Made by a program: the position numbers and the translations under genes. A model generated the notes under the pieces. It did not search any database. It saw only the letters and a program-made list of their open reading frames with translations, and was not told where the DNA came from. From Thermoplasmata archaeon (lineage in GTDB: Archaea > Thermoplasmatota > Thermoplasmata > RBG-16-68-12): DNA of 64,000 nt. Where the stretch lies: positions 168-64,167 of the forward strand of contig DASPYU010000015.1 in the NCBI GenBank assembly GCA_035636595.1, read 5' to 3'. Shown one piece after another: positions 54,883 to 63,661 of the stretch (the stretch's first letter is position 1; each line of letters begins with the position of its first letter).

Positions 54883-55881
54883 TCAGAACTGGACGTTCTC
54901 CGCCGCCTCGCCGACGCCCACTTGGACCTGCGCGTGCTGCAGGCGGAAGACGCTCAGGGGCAGGATCCCGACGTTGTTGTGAATCTCGAGCCGCATCGTG
55001 TACATCCCGCTCGTCGGGTTGAGGCTCGCGCTGATCTTATAGACGGTCAACAGCCCGATCTTCGCGGTGAAGGAGACGTCCAGCGGTGTCGAGGTGAACG
55101 TGCCTCCGAGTTTCAGGGCGCCGGAGAGGGTCTGGTTCAGGAACGAGTACCATGCGAGGCCATAGCGGGACGTGTGGTTGATCCAGACGACCGCGTTGCT
55201 CGCGAAACCCCGGTAATCCTGCCGGTCGAACGCGAATACCTGCGTATTCACGATTTCCGTGCTCGTCCCCGCGATCGCGCCGGTTCCGTACAGGCTGACG
55301 AGCCCGAAGGAGACATCCAGGGAATTGTTTGTCTTCCCGACGGCGAAGGTGGGTTGTGCCCGGACGACTTGGCCGTCGCCCTGGTACCGGATGACCGCGC
55401 CGTTCTCGTACGCGATCGTCTGGGCCGTGTAGTAGCGGTTCGCCACTTGGAGTTCGATGGAGCCGTTCGATTGTTCCGCGACATGCGTGCGGACGTTGTT
55501 GATGAGATAGTCGAAGGTGACGGTGAAGGAGCCTGCATCCGGGAACGATCGCAAGGTGCCGATCGTCGACGCGGAGAAGATGGGAACTCCGTCGACGCCG
55601 AGGCCGACCGCGGACGAGGCCGTCACGGGGATGTAGAACGTGCCCGCGTTCTGCGCCGATTGCGCGGCGAGCTCCTGGAGGTCGATCGCGCCCTTGAGGC
55701 CTCCGAACTGGCCGAGGGCGCTGTTCATGTGGGCCGCCTCGGAGTCCTTCATCCAGACGGGGACGTATTGGTTGACAATCAAACTCAGGAATGTGAGGAA
55801 GACCAGGAGGGCCATGATCGTGCCGACCGTCGAGGCGACACCCCTCTTATCCGACCGAAGCTCGTGGATCACGACACGCAT
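54883..55881 (-). CDS. Pilin-like protein with class III signal peptide
   Basis: DKRG|VASTVGTIMALLVFLTFLSLI; YENGAV motif; first gene of the T4P operon. Confidence 0.82.
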   Translation of the reverse strand: MRVVIHELRSDKRGVASTVGTIMALLVFLTFLSLIVNQYVPVWMKDSEAAHMNSALGQFGGLKGAIDLQELAAQSAQNAGTFYIPVTASSAVGLGVDGVPIFSASTIGTLRSFPDAGSFTVTFDYLINNVRTHVAEQSNGSIELQVANRYYTAQTIAYENGAVIRYQGDGQVVRAQPTFAVGKTNNSLDVSFGLVSLYGTGAIAGTSTEIVNTQVFAFDRQDYRGFASNAVVWINHTSRYGLAWYSFLNQTLSGALKLGGTFTSTPLDVSFTAKIGLLTVYKISASLNPTSGMYTMRLEIHNNVGILPLSVFRLQHAQVQVGVGEAAENVQF

Positions 55882-55923
55882 GGATTCACCCGAGGAGAAT
55901 CCTCCGTAGACATTCTACGCGGC

Positions 55924-55965
55924 CCATCCTGGATGACGCTATTTATAGGTGTCGCGCTGAAAATC
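55924..55965 (-). promoter_or_regulatory. T4P operon promoter with the shared motif
   Basis: Minus strand reads GATTTTC-agcgcgac-ACCTA-taaatagcgtcat-CCAGGATGG. Confidence 0.65.
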
Positions 55966-56056
55966 TACCCTTGAGAATGAGTCGATTTTCTCCATGTAAC
56001 GCAGGTTCGATTCGACGCCGATTTTCCGCGCCGGTTTTTCGCCCTTCTTTCGGCCT

Positions 56057-57472
56057 TCAGCGGCCCGATTTCGGCCCGCGCTTCGCGGCGGCGTAGACGA
56101 GGGATGCCTCGCCCGCCATGAACCGCTTCATCCCCTCGATCGACGCGTACTCGTTCGGCGCGTGGGCCCGGGAACCGTGGCCGAGTCCCGTCGAGACCCA
56201 CGGCAGCTTGAGGTATTCGTCGAAGGCGAATGCGGGCATCGTGCCCCCGCTCGACGGCCAGACCTCCGGCTCCTTCCCGTGCGACTCGACCGCCTCGATC
56301 GCGGCCTTCGCGATCCACGATGCCGGGTCCGTCTTCGCAGGGCCGTACGGTCCGTGCACCTCGATCCGGAGGTCCCCGAAGCCGCGCTTCTTGAGATGCG
56401 CGCGGAGTTTTCGGAGGGTGCCCTCGACGGTCATATCCTTCACGAGGCGGATGTCAATCTTCGCGTAGGCCTCATGCGGCAGGACGGTCTTCGTGCCGCC
56501 ATGGTCGATGTATCCCGCATAGATCCCACAGAGGTTCACCGTCGGCTCGAACAGGTACGTGCGGAGGAGCTGGTCTTTCGGGAGATCGTACTTGAATTTG
56601 GCCGTCCTCTCTTCCTTCAGCCAGGCGTCCGGGTCGAAACGTTTCGCGAGGACGGAGACCATCGCGAGGTCTTTCTTCGTCGGCGGCAGGACGTCGTCCC
56701 ATAGGCCATCGATGGTCGGCCGCTGATCTTTGTCGACCAGGGTGTTGAGGGCTTGCAACAGCCGCCATACGGGAGATCCGATCCAGACGGCGTTCGAGCT
56801 GTGGATCTCGCTGTCCATCGGCCCTCCGGCCTGCGGATTTCCGCGGGACCAGATCGTCAGGTAGAGGCAGCCCTTGACGCCGAGGTAGATCGTCGGCACG
56901 CCCCGAAGGTCCTCCGAGTAGTCGTTCGCGATCGCTCCGTCGGCTCGGAGTTCGCGGCGGTGCGTGCGGATGTATTCGATGAAGTTCGCGCTGCTGATCT
57001 CCTCCTCGCCCTCCGCGAGGATCTTCAGGTTGACGGGCATCTCGTCGACGTCGCGGATCGTCTTCCACGTGAAGAAGTGATTCGCGAGCGCGCCCTTCGA
57101 GTTCGTGGAGCCGCGGGCGATGATCGATTGACCGACGCCGGGGACGTCCTGGATCTCCGCGGCGAACGGCGGCGCCTGCCAAGCGCGCAGGTCCCCGATC
57201 GGCTGGACGTCATACATCTCGTATTCGACGAGGGTTACCGGCGCGCCGACGTCGAGGGTCCCGACGACAAGGGGGTGGCCGCCTTTCGACCACATCTCGG
57301 TCTTGCAGCCGATGTCCGCCATCATCTGCCGGACCATCTCCGCGCATTCCTGGACCCCTTCGCCCGTCGCACTGACGGACGGTTGCCGGAGGAGCGTGCG
57401 CGCGTCCTCGAGGGCCTGGGGGAATCGCGCGTCGAGGGCTCGATAGACCTCCGGCGGCGCGAACGGCTTCAT
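56057..57472 (-). CDS. M20/DapE-family peptidase/deacylase
   Basis: YDVQP, ARGSTNSKG, EGEEE, AHAPNE. Confidence 0.9.
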   Translation of the reverse strand: MKPFAPPEVYRALDARFPQALEDARTLLRQPSVSATGEGVQECAEMVRQMMADIGCKTEMWSKGGHPLVVGTLDVGAPVTLVEYEMYDVQPIGDLRAWQAPPFAAEIQDVPGVGQSIIARGSTNSKGALANHFFTWKTIRDVDEMPVNLKILAEGEEEISSANFIEYIRTHRRELRADGAIANDYSEDLRGVPTIYLGVKGCLYLTIWSRGNPQAGGPMDSEIHSSNAVWIGSPVWRLLQALNTLVDKDQRPTIDGLWDDVLPPTKKDLAMVSVLAKRFDPDAWLKEERTAKFKYDLPKDQLLRTYLFEPTVNLCGIYAGYIDHGGTKTVLPHEAYAKIDIRLVKDMTVEGTLRKLRAHLKKRGFGDLRIEVHGPYGPAKTDPASWIAKAAIEAVESHGKEPEVWPSSGGTMPAFAFDEYLKLPWVSTGLGHGSRAHAPNEYASIEGMKRFMAGEASLVYAAAKRGPKSGR

Positions 57473-57599
57473 CGAGCGGCGGCAACGAGCGCGCGCGGAT
57501 AAGGTTCGCGTCCTCCCGCATTCGATTCCGTCCTCCAGTGAGAGGGACCGGCGGGGATGTGCGGAAACTATTTCTCTCTCAGTTTCATGGTCCGCGCGA

Positions 57600-57673
57600 G
57601 CCGCGGTAACTCAGTTTGGGAGAGTGCGAGACTGAAGATCTCGAAGTCGCCGGTTCGAGCCCGGCCCGCGGCA
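57600..57673 (+). tRNA. tRNA-Phe(GAA)
   Basis: Acceptor GCCGCGG/CCGCGGC; anticodon arm CGAGA-CTGAAGA-TCTCG; T arm GCCGG-TTCGAGC-CCGGC. Confidence 0.95.
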
Positions 57674-57700
57674 TGATCTCCCGCCGGTTGCGAACGAGCG

Positions 57701-58657
57701 TCACCGGCCCGCTCTCTGCAGGACGGTCAAGGCCGTGGTGGTAATCCAGCGGCTCGGGCGGCCGGGGACCTCCAATCCGAGCGGATAGAAGGGCCCACGG
57801 ACCTGGTAGTTCGGATCTTCCGTATCCGGATGAAGTGCATCGAGATTCCAGCTCCCGTCCCGGTTGCGCATCGCCTCGAGGCGGTCGAGGGCGGGGCGCA
57901 TCCGGCGGTCGTCCCCGTATCCGAGGGACGTGAGCACATCGAGCCCGACGAGGAGATCGTAGTAATAGTGGACCGGATAGTGGAGCCGGAACCATGGACG
58001 ATACGGGGTGGCCCCTTCGCGAAACAGGGCTCGACTCAAGTAGAACTCCGCGCCCCGTTCGATCGAACGGTGGACTTCCGGGCTGCGGGAGGCCGGGGGG
58101 AGCGCCGCAAAGGCGGCGAGCGCCTCCCAGCAGTCGAGGGTCCCGGTCGAGGATCGGAAGCAGTGCCAGCCGCCGTCCTTCTTCTGGTAACGGACGAGCC
58201 AGTCGATCGCCGGCCGCAGATGCGGGTGCTTCGTGTACCCGAAGCGGAGGAGCATCCGCACCGCGTTTCCGGTGATACACACTTCGCTCCCGATGCGGCC
58301 GAGTTCGCCGGCGGGCAGGAACCGGCGGCGAACCAAGAGATTCATCCCCTTCGCGATTCGCGGATGCTTCTTGGTGAGCCCGAGGTCGGACAGGACGAGG
58401 AGCCGCCAGTTCGTCGCGACGTACTTCGGGCGGTACAGCTCGGCTGCCGACGTGCCCGACGTCGCCCACTGTCCGTGCGGATGCTGCTCGCGGAGGATCT
58501 TCGCGGCCCACCCTTTCCGTCCGATTTGCTGTTGCGCGCGGACGAGCTCGGCATCGTCCTCGGGCCGCTCGAGGAGGTCTCGTAGCACGCGGACACGAAC
58601 GCTCGGATCCGCATCCTTGGCGAGGAGCCAGTTCCGGAGGCCGCGGCGGAGCGCCAT
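57701..58657 (-). CDS. Prenyltransferase/squalene cyclase-repeat (alpha-alpha barrel) protein
   Basis: QW-like repeats QHPHGQW, QKKDGGW, RNRDGSW; YRPKY, YYYDLL, PSRWIT. Confidence 0.8.
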   Translation of the reverse strand: MALRRGLRNWLLAKDADPSVRVRVLRDLLERPEDDAELVRAQQQIGRKGWAAKILREQHPHGQWATSGTSAAELYRPKYVATNWRLLVLSDLGLTKKHPRIAKGMNLLVRRRFLPAGELGRIGSEVCITGNAVRMLLRFGYTKHPHLRPAIDWLVRYQKKDGGWHCFRSSTGTLDCWEALAAFAALPPASRSPEVHRSIERGAEFYLSRALFREGATPYRPWFRLHYPVHYYYDLLVGLDVLTSLGYGDDRRMRPALDRLEAMRNRDGSWNLDALHPDTEDPNYQVRGPFYPLGLEVPGRPSRWITTTALTVLQRAGR

Positions 58658-58759
58658 GATCCGCAGGAATCGCTGGTACGTATTTAGTCTCGGGGCCGGC
58701 GATCGGATTCGGCGCCATATTCGATAGAATCTTATGGCCCGAGCCGTTTCGACGCCCGT

Positions 58760-58873
58760 CCCGCCTTAGCTCAGCCTGGTCAGAGCGGGTGACTGTAGAG
58801 TGCTCCCGTGCATGGCTCATGCGCGGTGCCCGCTGCCATCATCAGGCCCCCGGTTCAAATCCGGGAGGCGGGA
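58760..58873 (+). tRNA. tRNA-Tyr(GTA) with a 39-nt intron at 37/38 (58799-58837)
   Basis: Acceptor CCCGCCT/AGGCGGG; anticodon stem GGTGA/TCATC with loop CTGTAG^A; T arm CCCGG-TTCAAAT-CCGGG. Confidence 0.9.
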
Positions 58874-58995
58874 CTACCTTATTGTGAGCTCGGGCGCCCG
58901 CACCGGAGGCATCCGCTCCGATTGGACCACGGAGTCGAACGTTCGCCTCCTAGAACTTCATTACCCGCGGACGCGATGCGGCGCGCGGTGGGGCG

Positions 58996-59454
58996 ATGGA
59001 CAAGAAGGCGAAGAAGAAGGTCTTGCAGATGATCCCGTACGGGGCGTACGTCGTCGGCACGAAGACGCCGGAGGGAGGCGATCATCTCATGTTCGGCACA
59101 TGGCTCATGCAAACGTCGTTCAAGCCGGTGCTCGTCGCGTTCGCGCTCTCGGAGGACAGCCGCACCCTCGTTCACGTGCGCGATTCAAAACAGTTCGCCG
59201 TGTCCTTTCTCACGGACGGAATGAACGGGGTCGCCGAGAGCATCGTCGATGGGTCCTTCGCCAAGGTCAAGACCGAGCACACGCCCTCCGGGCTGCCCCT
59301 CGTCGCAGGCGCGGCGGGTTGGCTCGAGTGCCACGTGATCGAGCTCTCGGAGAAAGGGGACCACCGCATCGCGCTGGCCGAGCTCGTCGATGTCGGCGTA
59401 GGTTCGGGCAAGCTCATGCCACTCGAGGCGCTGAAGTGGCACTATGGCGGATAG
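58996..59454 (+). CDS. Flavin reductase-like protein
   Basis: IPYGAYVV, QTSFKP, WLEC, GDH motifs. Confidence 0.88.
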   Translation: MDKKAKKKVLQMIPYGAYVVGTKTPEGGDHLMFGTWLMQTSFKPVLVAFALSEDSRTLVHVRDSKQFAVSFLTDGMNGVAESIVDGSFAKVKTEHTPSGLPLVAGAAGWLECHVIELSEKGDHRIALAELVDVGVGSGKLMPLEALKWHYGG

Positions 59455-59540
59455 TCCGGATTTCCCGCCATCCGCGGTCGTGCGGGTTCCCCTCCGCATG
59501 ACGTCATTAGCTTGATGAGCGGGCGCTCATTCCTCGGGAC

Positions 59541-59873
59541 ATGACCGGATTTCCCGAGATCATCCGCAACCTCCCGGAGGCGGATGCCTCGTTCCCTGGG
59601 ATCAGCCTGCGGCTGTTGCGTGGCCCGACCGCCTGTGCGACCTTCGTCGAGGCCTCCCGAGAATCCACGGTCCCCGAACACTCCCATGGCGCGCAGTGGG
59701 GGATCGTGGTCGCGGGCGAACTCGTCCTGACGATCGAGGGCAAGACCCGCGTCCTTCGTCCCGGCGACGAATACTTCGTGCCCGCCGGCGTCGCGCACTC
59801 CGCGAAACTCAAAGCCGGCGTCCGGGTCATCGATTTCTTTGACGATCCGAACCGCTATCGGCCGCGCGCGTAG
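59541..59873 (+). CDS. Cupin domain protein
   Basis: VPEHSHGAQWG...PAGVAHSA. Confidence 0.88.
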   Translation: MTGFPEIIRNLPEADASFPGISLRLLRGPTACATFVEASRESTVPEHSHGAQWGIVVAGELVLTIEGKTRVLRPGDEYFVPAGVAHSAKLKAGVRVIDFFDDPNRYRPRA

Positions 59874-60019
59874 CGATTTCGGGTGCTCGGTCGAGACGTC
59901 GACTCGTCACCCCACGATGGCTCCTACGGTTTGTCAAATCTCCTGCACGACCAAATCTATTAATATCGTCGCGAGCCCTCGACGGATGTCAGACAAAGGT
60001 CCGACTGGACCTCGCTGGG

Positions 60020-61177
60020 ATGGGCATGGGTTTGCTTCGTTGGCTCCTCTGGCCGCTCCGGTCCGACAAGGTCAAGGAGGAGGACGAGTCGCCTCGGAGG
60101 AGGCGCAAGTCGGGGGCGCCGAAGCACTCGAGCCATCCCGGCGTCTACCGGATCGAGGTGGACGGCGAAGCGGGCCGATTCCACGGCGACGGACCGCCGT
60201 TCTCGTTCTGGTCTTCGTCCCGCATCATCCTCATCCTGTCGTTCCTGCTGTGGTGGATCCAACCCGCCGGGCCGATGATCGCCGGGTTCGTGGGCGGGCG
60301 GCGTGCGGGGTCGCCGATGAAAGCGGTCGCGGCGGCGACGTTGCCCGTCGTCACGATCTTCGTCGCGAACGCCGCGTACGCGCACAACTTCGCGACGGGC
60401 CAGATCGACTTCGTAGCATCCCTCCCGAACGTCCTGAGCGACGCGGTCTCCAGCATTCTGCCGTTCCTCGTGCCGTACAAGGAGTTCATGATCGCCTACA
60501 TGCGAGGGTTCGCGGAGGCCCTCACGACCACGTTCGGCATGGGGACGAACGGATACCTGATGGTCATCATCTTCTCGTATATCGGCGGCTTGATCGCCGA
60601 GCAGACCCGCCGCGAGCTCACGTTCCGGTCGGGCTCCGGGTCGTCCCTCGGCGTGAATCTCGTGCAGCCGATTATCGGTGGCCGGCCGTACATCGACGAC
60701 GAGGAAGACGCGTACGAAGAGGACGAGGAGATCGTCCGCACCCGCAGGCCCGTGCGCGCCCATGCGCGCGGCCGGGCGCGTCCGATCGTCGTGCCGGAAG
60801 CCCGTCGGCGGCACCGACGCGGTCCCTCGGATCGGTTCGATGAGTATCGCCAGGTTCCCGCGGAAGTCTACGATGCGGAGGGCAGCCGGCATCGCGTCCG
60901 CCTGCGCCGCCATCCCGACGACGAGGAGGAAGCGGAGGACGAAGAGGACGAGGGCGAAGCCGTCCAGGTCCGCCTGCATCACACCGGCCGCGGCCGCGAG
61001 GACCACCACGAACACCACCGCGCCTCGCATTCCCACGCCGTCGTCGAAGAGGACGATGACGAGGAGGAGCCCTCGGCGCGACCGAAGACCCTCCACGTCC
61101 GCACGCAAGCCGAGGAGCGCGCGATCCAGCGGTTCGTCGAGCGCGCCCTGAAGAATTACGATCACTCGAAACTGTGA
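60020..61177 (+). CDS. Membrane protein with a long charged low-complexity C-terminal tail
   Basis: N-terminal TM helices (GPMIAGFVGGRRAG); E/D/R/H-rich tail. Confidence 0.7.
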   Translation: MGMGLLRWLLWPLRSDKVKEEDESPRRRRKSGAPKHSSHPGVYRIEVDGEAGRFHGDGPPFSFWSSSRIILILSFLLWWIQPAGPMIAGFVGGRRAGSPMKAVAAATLPVVTIFVANAAYAHNFATGQIDFVASLPNVLSDAVSSILPFLVPYKEFMIAYMRGFAEALTTTFGMGTNGYLMVIIFSYIGGLIAEQTRRELTFRSGSGSSLGVNLVQPIIGGRPYIDDEEDAYEEDEEIVRTRRPVRAHARGRARPIVVPEARRRHRRGPSDRFDEYRQVPAEVYDAEGSRHRVRLRRHPDDEEEAEDEEDEGEAVQVRLHHTGRGREDHHEHHRASHSHAVVEEDDDEEEPSARPKTLHVRTQAEERAIQRFVERALKNYDHSKL

Positions 61178-61225
61178 CCGACAACCTTTTTATCGCACGT
61201 CCCTCTGTAGAACGTCCAGTTTCTC

Positions 61226-61540
61226 ATGTTCTGTCCGAAATGCGGCTCGCTCATGTTCCCCGCGAAGGGAAAAGTGCATTGCAACTCGTGCGGGTACGAA
61301 CGATCGTTGTCCGGCAAGGATTCGAGCGTCACGAAGGTGGCCCGGACCGGGAAGGAGAAGCCGTCGGAGACCCTTGTCCTCGACGAGATCACGGAGACGC
61401 TGCCGAAGACGCGCGTCGAGTGTCCGAAGTGCGGCCACTATGAGGCGTTCTGGGTGATGCGCCAGACGCGCGCGGCGGACGAGCCGACGACGCGGATCTA
61501 TCGATGCGTGAAATGTCAGAACACCTGGCGTGAGTACTAA
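61226..61540 (+). CDS. tfs: Transcription elongation factor S (TFS/RpoM family)
   Basis: MFCPKCGSLM; CPKCGH...QTRAADEPTTRIYRCVKC...WREY. Confidence 0.93.
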   Translation: MFCPKCGSLMFPAKGKVHCNSCGYERSLSGKDSSVTKVARTGKEKPSETLVLDEITETLPKTRVECPKCGHYEAFWVMRQTRAADEPTTRIYRCVKCQNTWREY

Positions 61541-61607
61541 GCGCATTCCCGGGAACCTTTATTATCGCCCATCGGATGTCCGAGCGAAATTCATGGGGGA
61601 GCGCGAT

Positions 61608-62348
61608 TTGTTCGAGGCCAAAGTCAAGGCGGACGTTCTCAAGGAGGTCGTCGACGTCGTGTCGACCCTCGTCGATGAGGCGAAGTTCAACATTGGCAAG
61701 GATTCGGTCACGGTCAAGGCCGTCGACCCGGCGCACGTCGCGATGGTCGACCTGACGCTGGATCGCGGCGCGTTCGAGGCCTACAAGGCCGACGAGGGCG
61801 AGCTCGGCATCGACATGGACAAGATGAAGGAGATCCTGCGGCTCGCGAAGGCGGGCGAGACGATCTCGCTGAGCCACGACGAGGACAAGAACCGGCTCAT
61901 CGTCACGGTGGGCAATACGACGCGCCGGATGGCGCTCGTCGACACCGCCGGGATGAGTGATCCGAAGGTGCCGAGCCTGAACCTCCCCGCAAAGGTCGTC
62001 GTCCGCACGGACGAACTGCGGCAGGCCATCCGCGCCTCGGAGAGCATCAGCGATCACATCGCCCTCAAGGCATCCGCCGACGGCTTCGAAGTCGTGTCCG
62101 AAGGCGACACGGACAACGTCACGCACACGGTCCCGAAGGACATGCTCGAGGAGATCCTCGCGAAGGACGCGGTGCGCTCCCTGTTCCCGCTCGACTACTT
62201 CTCGAACATGGTGAAGGCGATCAGTTTCGCGCCGAACGTGTCGCTCTTCCTGGGTTCCGACTACCCGGTGAAGATGGAGTTCAAGATCGCCGGCGGCAAG
62301 GGCGACGTGCGCTATCTCCTGGCGCCGAGAATCGAATCCGGGGACTAG
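61608..62348 (+). CDS. pcn: DNA polymerase sliding clamp PCNA
   Basis: AVDPAHVAMVDL and YLLAPRIE. Start is TTG 61608 or ATG 61593. Confidence 0.95.
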   Translation: MFEAKVKADVLKEVVDVVSTLVDEAKFNIGKDSVTVKAVDPAHVAMVDLTLDRGAFEAYKADEGELGIDMDKMKEILRLAKAGETISLSHDEDKNRLIVTVGNTTRRMALVDTAGMSDPKVPSLNLPAKVVVRTDELRQAIRASESISDHIALKASADGFEVVSEGDTDNVTHTVPKDMLEEILAKDAVRSLFPLDYFSNMVKAISFAPNVSLFLGSDYPVKMEFKIAGGKGDVRYLLAPRIESGD

Positions 62349-62357
62349 TGGTTCGTC

Positions 62358-63605
62358 TCAGAGGCCGAAGCCCAGTCGCATGATGGCGTAGGCGGCCATC
62401 CCGGCACCGGCGGAGGCGGGGATCGTGATGATCCATGCCCAGAAGATGCGACGGGCGACTCCCCACCGAACCGCGGACAACCGTCTCGTCGCGCCGACTC
62501 CCATGATCGCGGAGGCGATCACATGGGTCGTGCTCACCGGGATCCCCGCCAGCGCGCTGCTCGCGAGCGCGATGCCTCCCCCGGTCTCGGCGGAGAAGCC
62601 TTGCCAGGGCCGTAGGTGCGTCACCCGCTGCGACATCGTACGGACGATGCGCCAGCCGCCGAAGAATGTCCCGAGCGAGATGGATGCATGGGCCCCAACG
62701 ATGACCCAGAACGGGACCGCGAACTGGCCCGACGGGGGACCCCAGGGAGGTCCGATCGTCGCGACGACGAGGATGAGGGTGATGATCCCCATCCCCTTCT
62801 GAGCGTCGTTCGTCCCGTGCGTTACGCTGTAGAAGAAGCTCGAGACGAGTTGAAGGCGCTTGAACTCGTGGTTCACCCTCGTCGGGGTGTGTCGGCGGAA
62901 CAGGCGGATGACCACGAGGGCGAGGCCGAACGCGAACGTGAGTCCTACGAGCGGCGCGGCGACCATGTACACCACGATTTGGACGAGCCCTTTCAGCAGG
63001 ATCTTTCCGAGGATGACCGCCGGCAGGAGACCCACGAGCAGACCGGCAAGGATCGTCGTCCCGAGCGTCGGCCGGTGCCTTCGGATGATGACGTCATAGG
63101 CAAAGAACGAGGCAGCGCCGAGCACGAACGCCATCCCCGTCACGAAGACGAAGAGGAGCATGTTCGTCGTGCTCGGGAGGAGGACCGCTCCGGGTCCCAC
63201 CGCGAGCACCGTCGAGCCGATGATGCCGCCGATGAGCGCATGGCTGCTCGACGTCGGGAGACCCCACAGCCACGTGACCAGGTCCCACACGATCGCGCCG
63301 ACGACACCCCCCATGATGATGGCCATCGAATGGTGGAACGCGGCCTCGCTCAGCGGCAGGGCATTCACCCCGAGGACGTTCGTGTCGATGATCCCCTTGC
63401 CGATCGTTTCCGCGATTGCGTTCGTGATGAAGACCATCCCGACGAAGTTGCCGGCCGCGGCCATGGCGACCGCCTTCGTCGGCGTGAGGACTTTCGTCGC
63501 GACAATCGTCGCGATCGCGTTCGCGGCATCATGGAACCCGTTGAAGAAATCGAACAGGAAGACGACGAGGATCGCGACGATCAGGATCGTGAAGAGATCC
63601 GCCAT
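62358..63605 (-). CDS. Inorganic phosphate transporter (PiT family)
   Basis: NGFHDAANAIAT, GLPTSSSHA, HGTNDAQK, PVSTTH. Confidence 0.93.
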   Translation of the reverse strand: MADLFTILIVAILVVFLFDFFNGFHDAANAIATIVATKVLTPTKAVAMAAAGNFVGMVFITNAIAETIGKGIIDTNVLGVNALPLSEAAFHHSMAIIMGGVVGAIVWDLVTWLWGLPTSSSHALIGGIIGSTVLAVGPGAVLLPSTTNMLLFVFVTGMAFVLGAASFFAYDVIIRRHRPTLGTTILAGLLVGLLPAVILGKILLKGLVQIVVYMVAAPLVGLTFAFGLALVVIRLFRRHTPTRVNHEFKRLQLVSSFFYSVTHGTNDAQKGMGIITLILVVATIGPPWGPPSGQFAVPFWVIVGAHASISLGTFFGGWRIVRTMSQRVTHLRPWQGFSAETGGGIALASSALAGIPVSTTHVIASAIMGVGATRRLSAVRWGVARRIFWAWIITIPASAGAGMAAYAIMRLGFGL

Positions 63606-63661
63606 TTCCCAGTGCGTGCCTCCGCGCGCCCTCCATCCCGCCGCGAGAGACCTCCGACGAC

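Noticed and set aside
49429-55881. Archaellum (fla/arl) operon
   Set aside because: No archaellin or FlaF/G/H in the operon. Two ATPases with split TadC genes fit a pilus.
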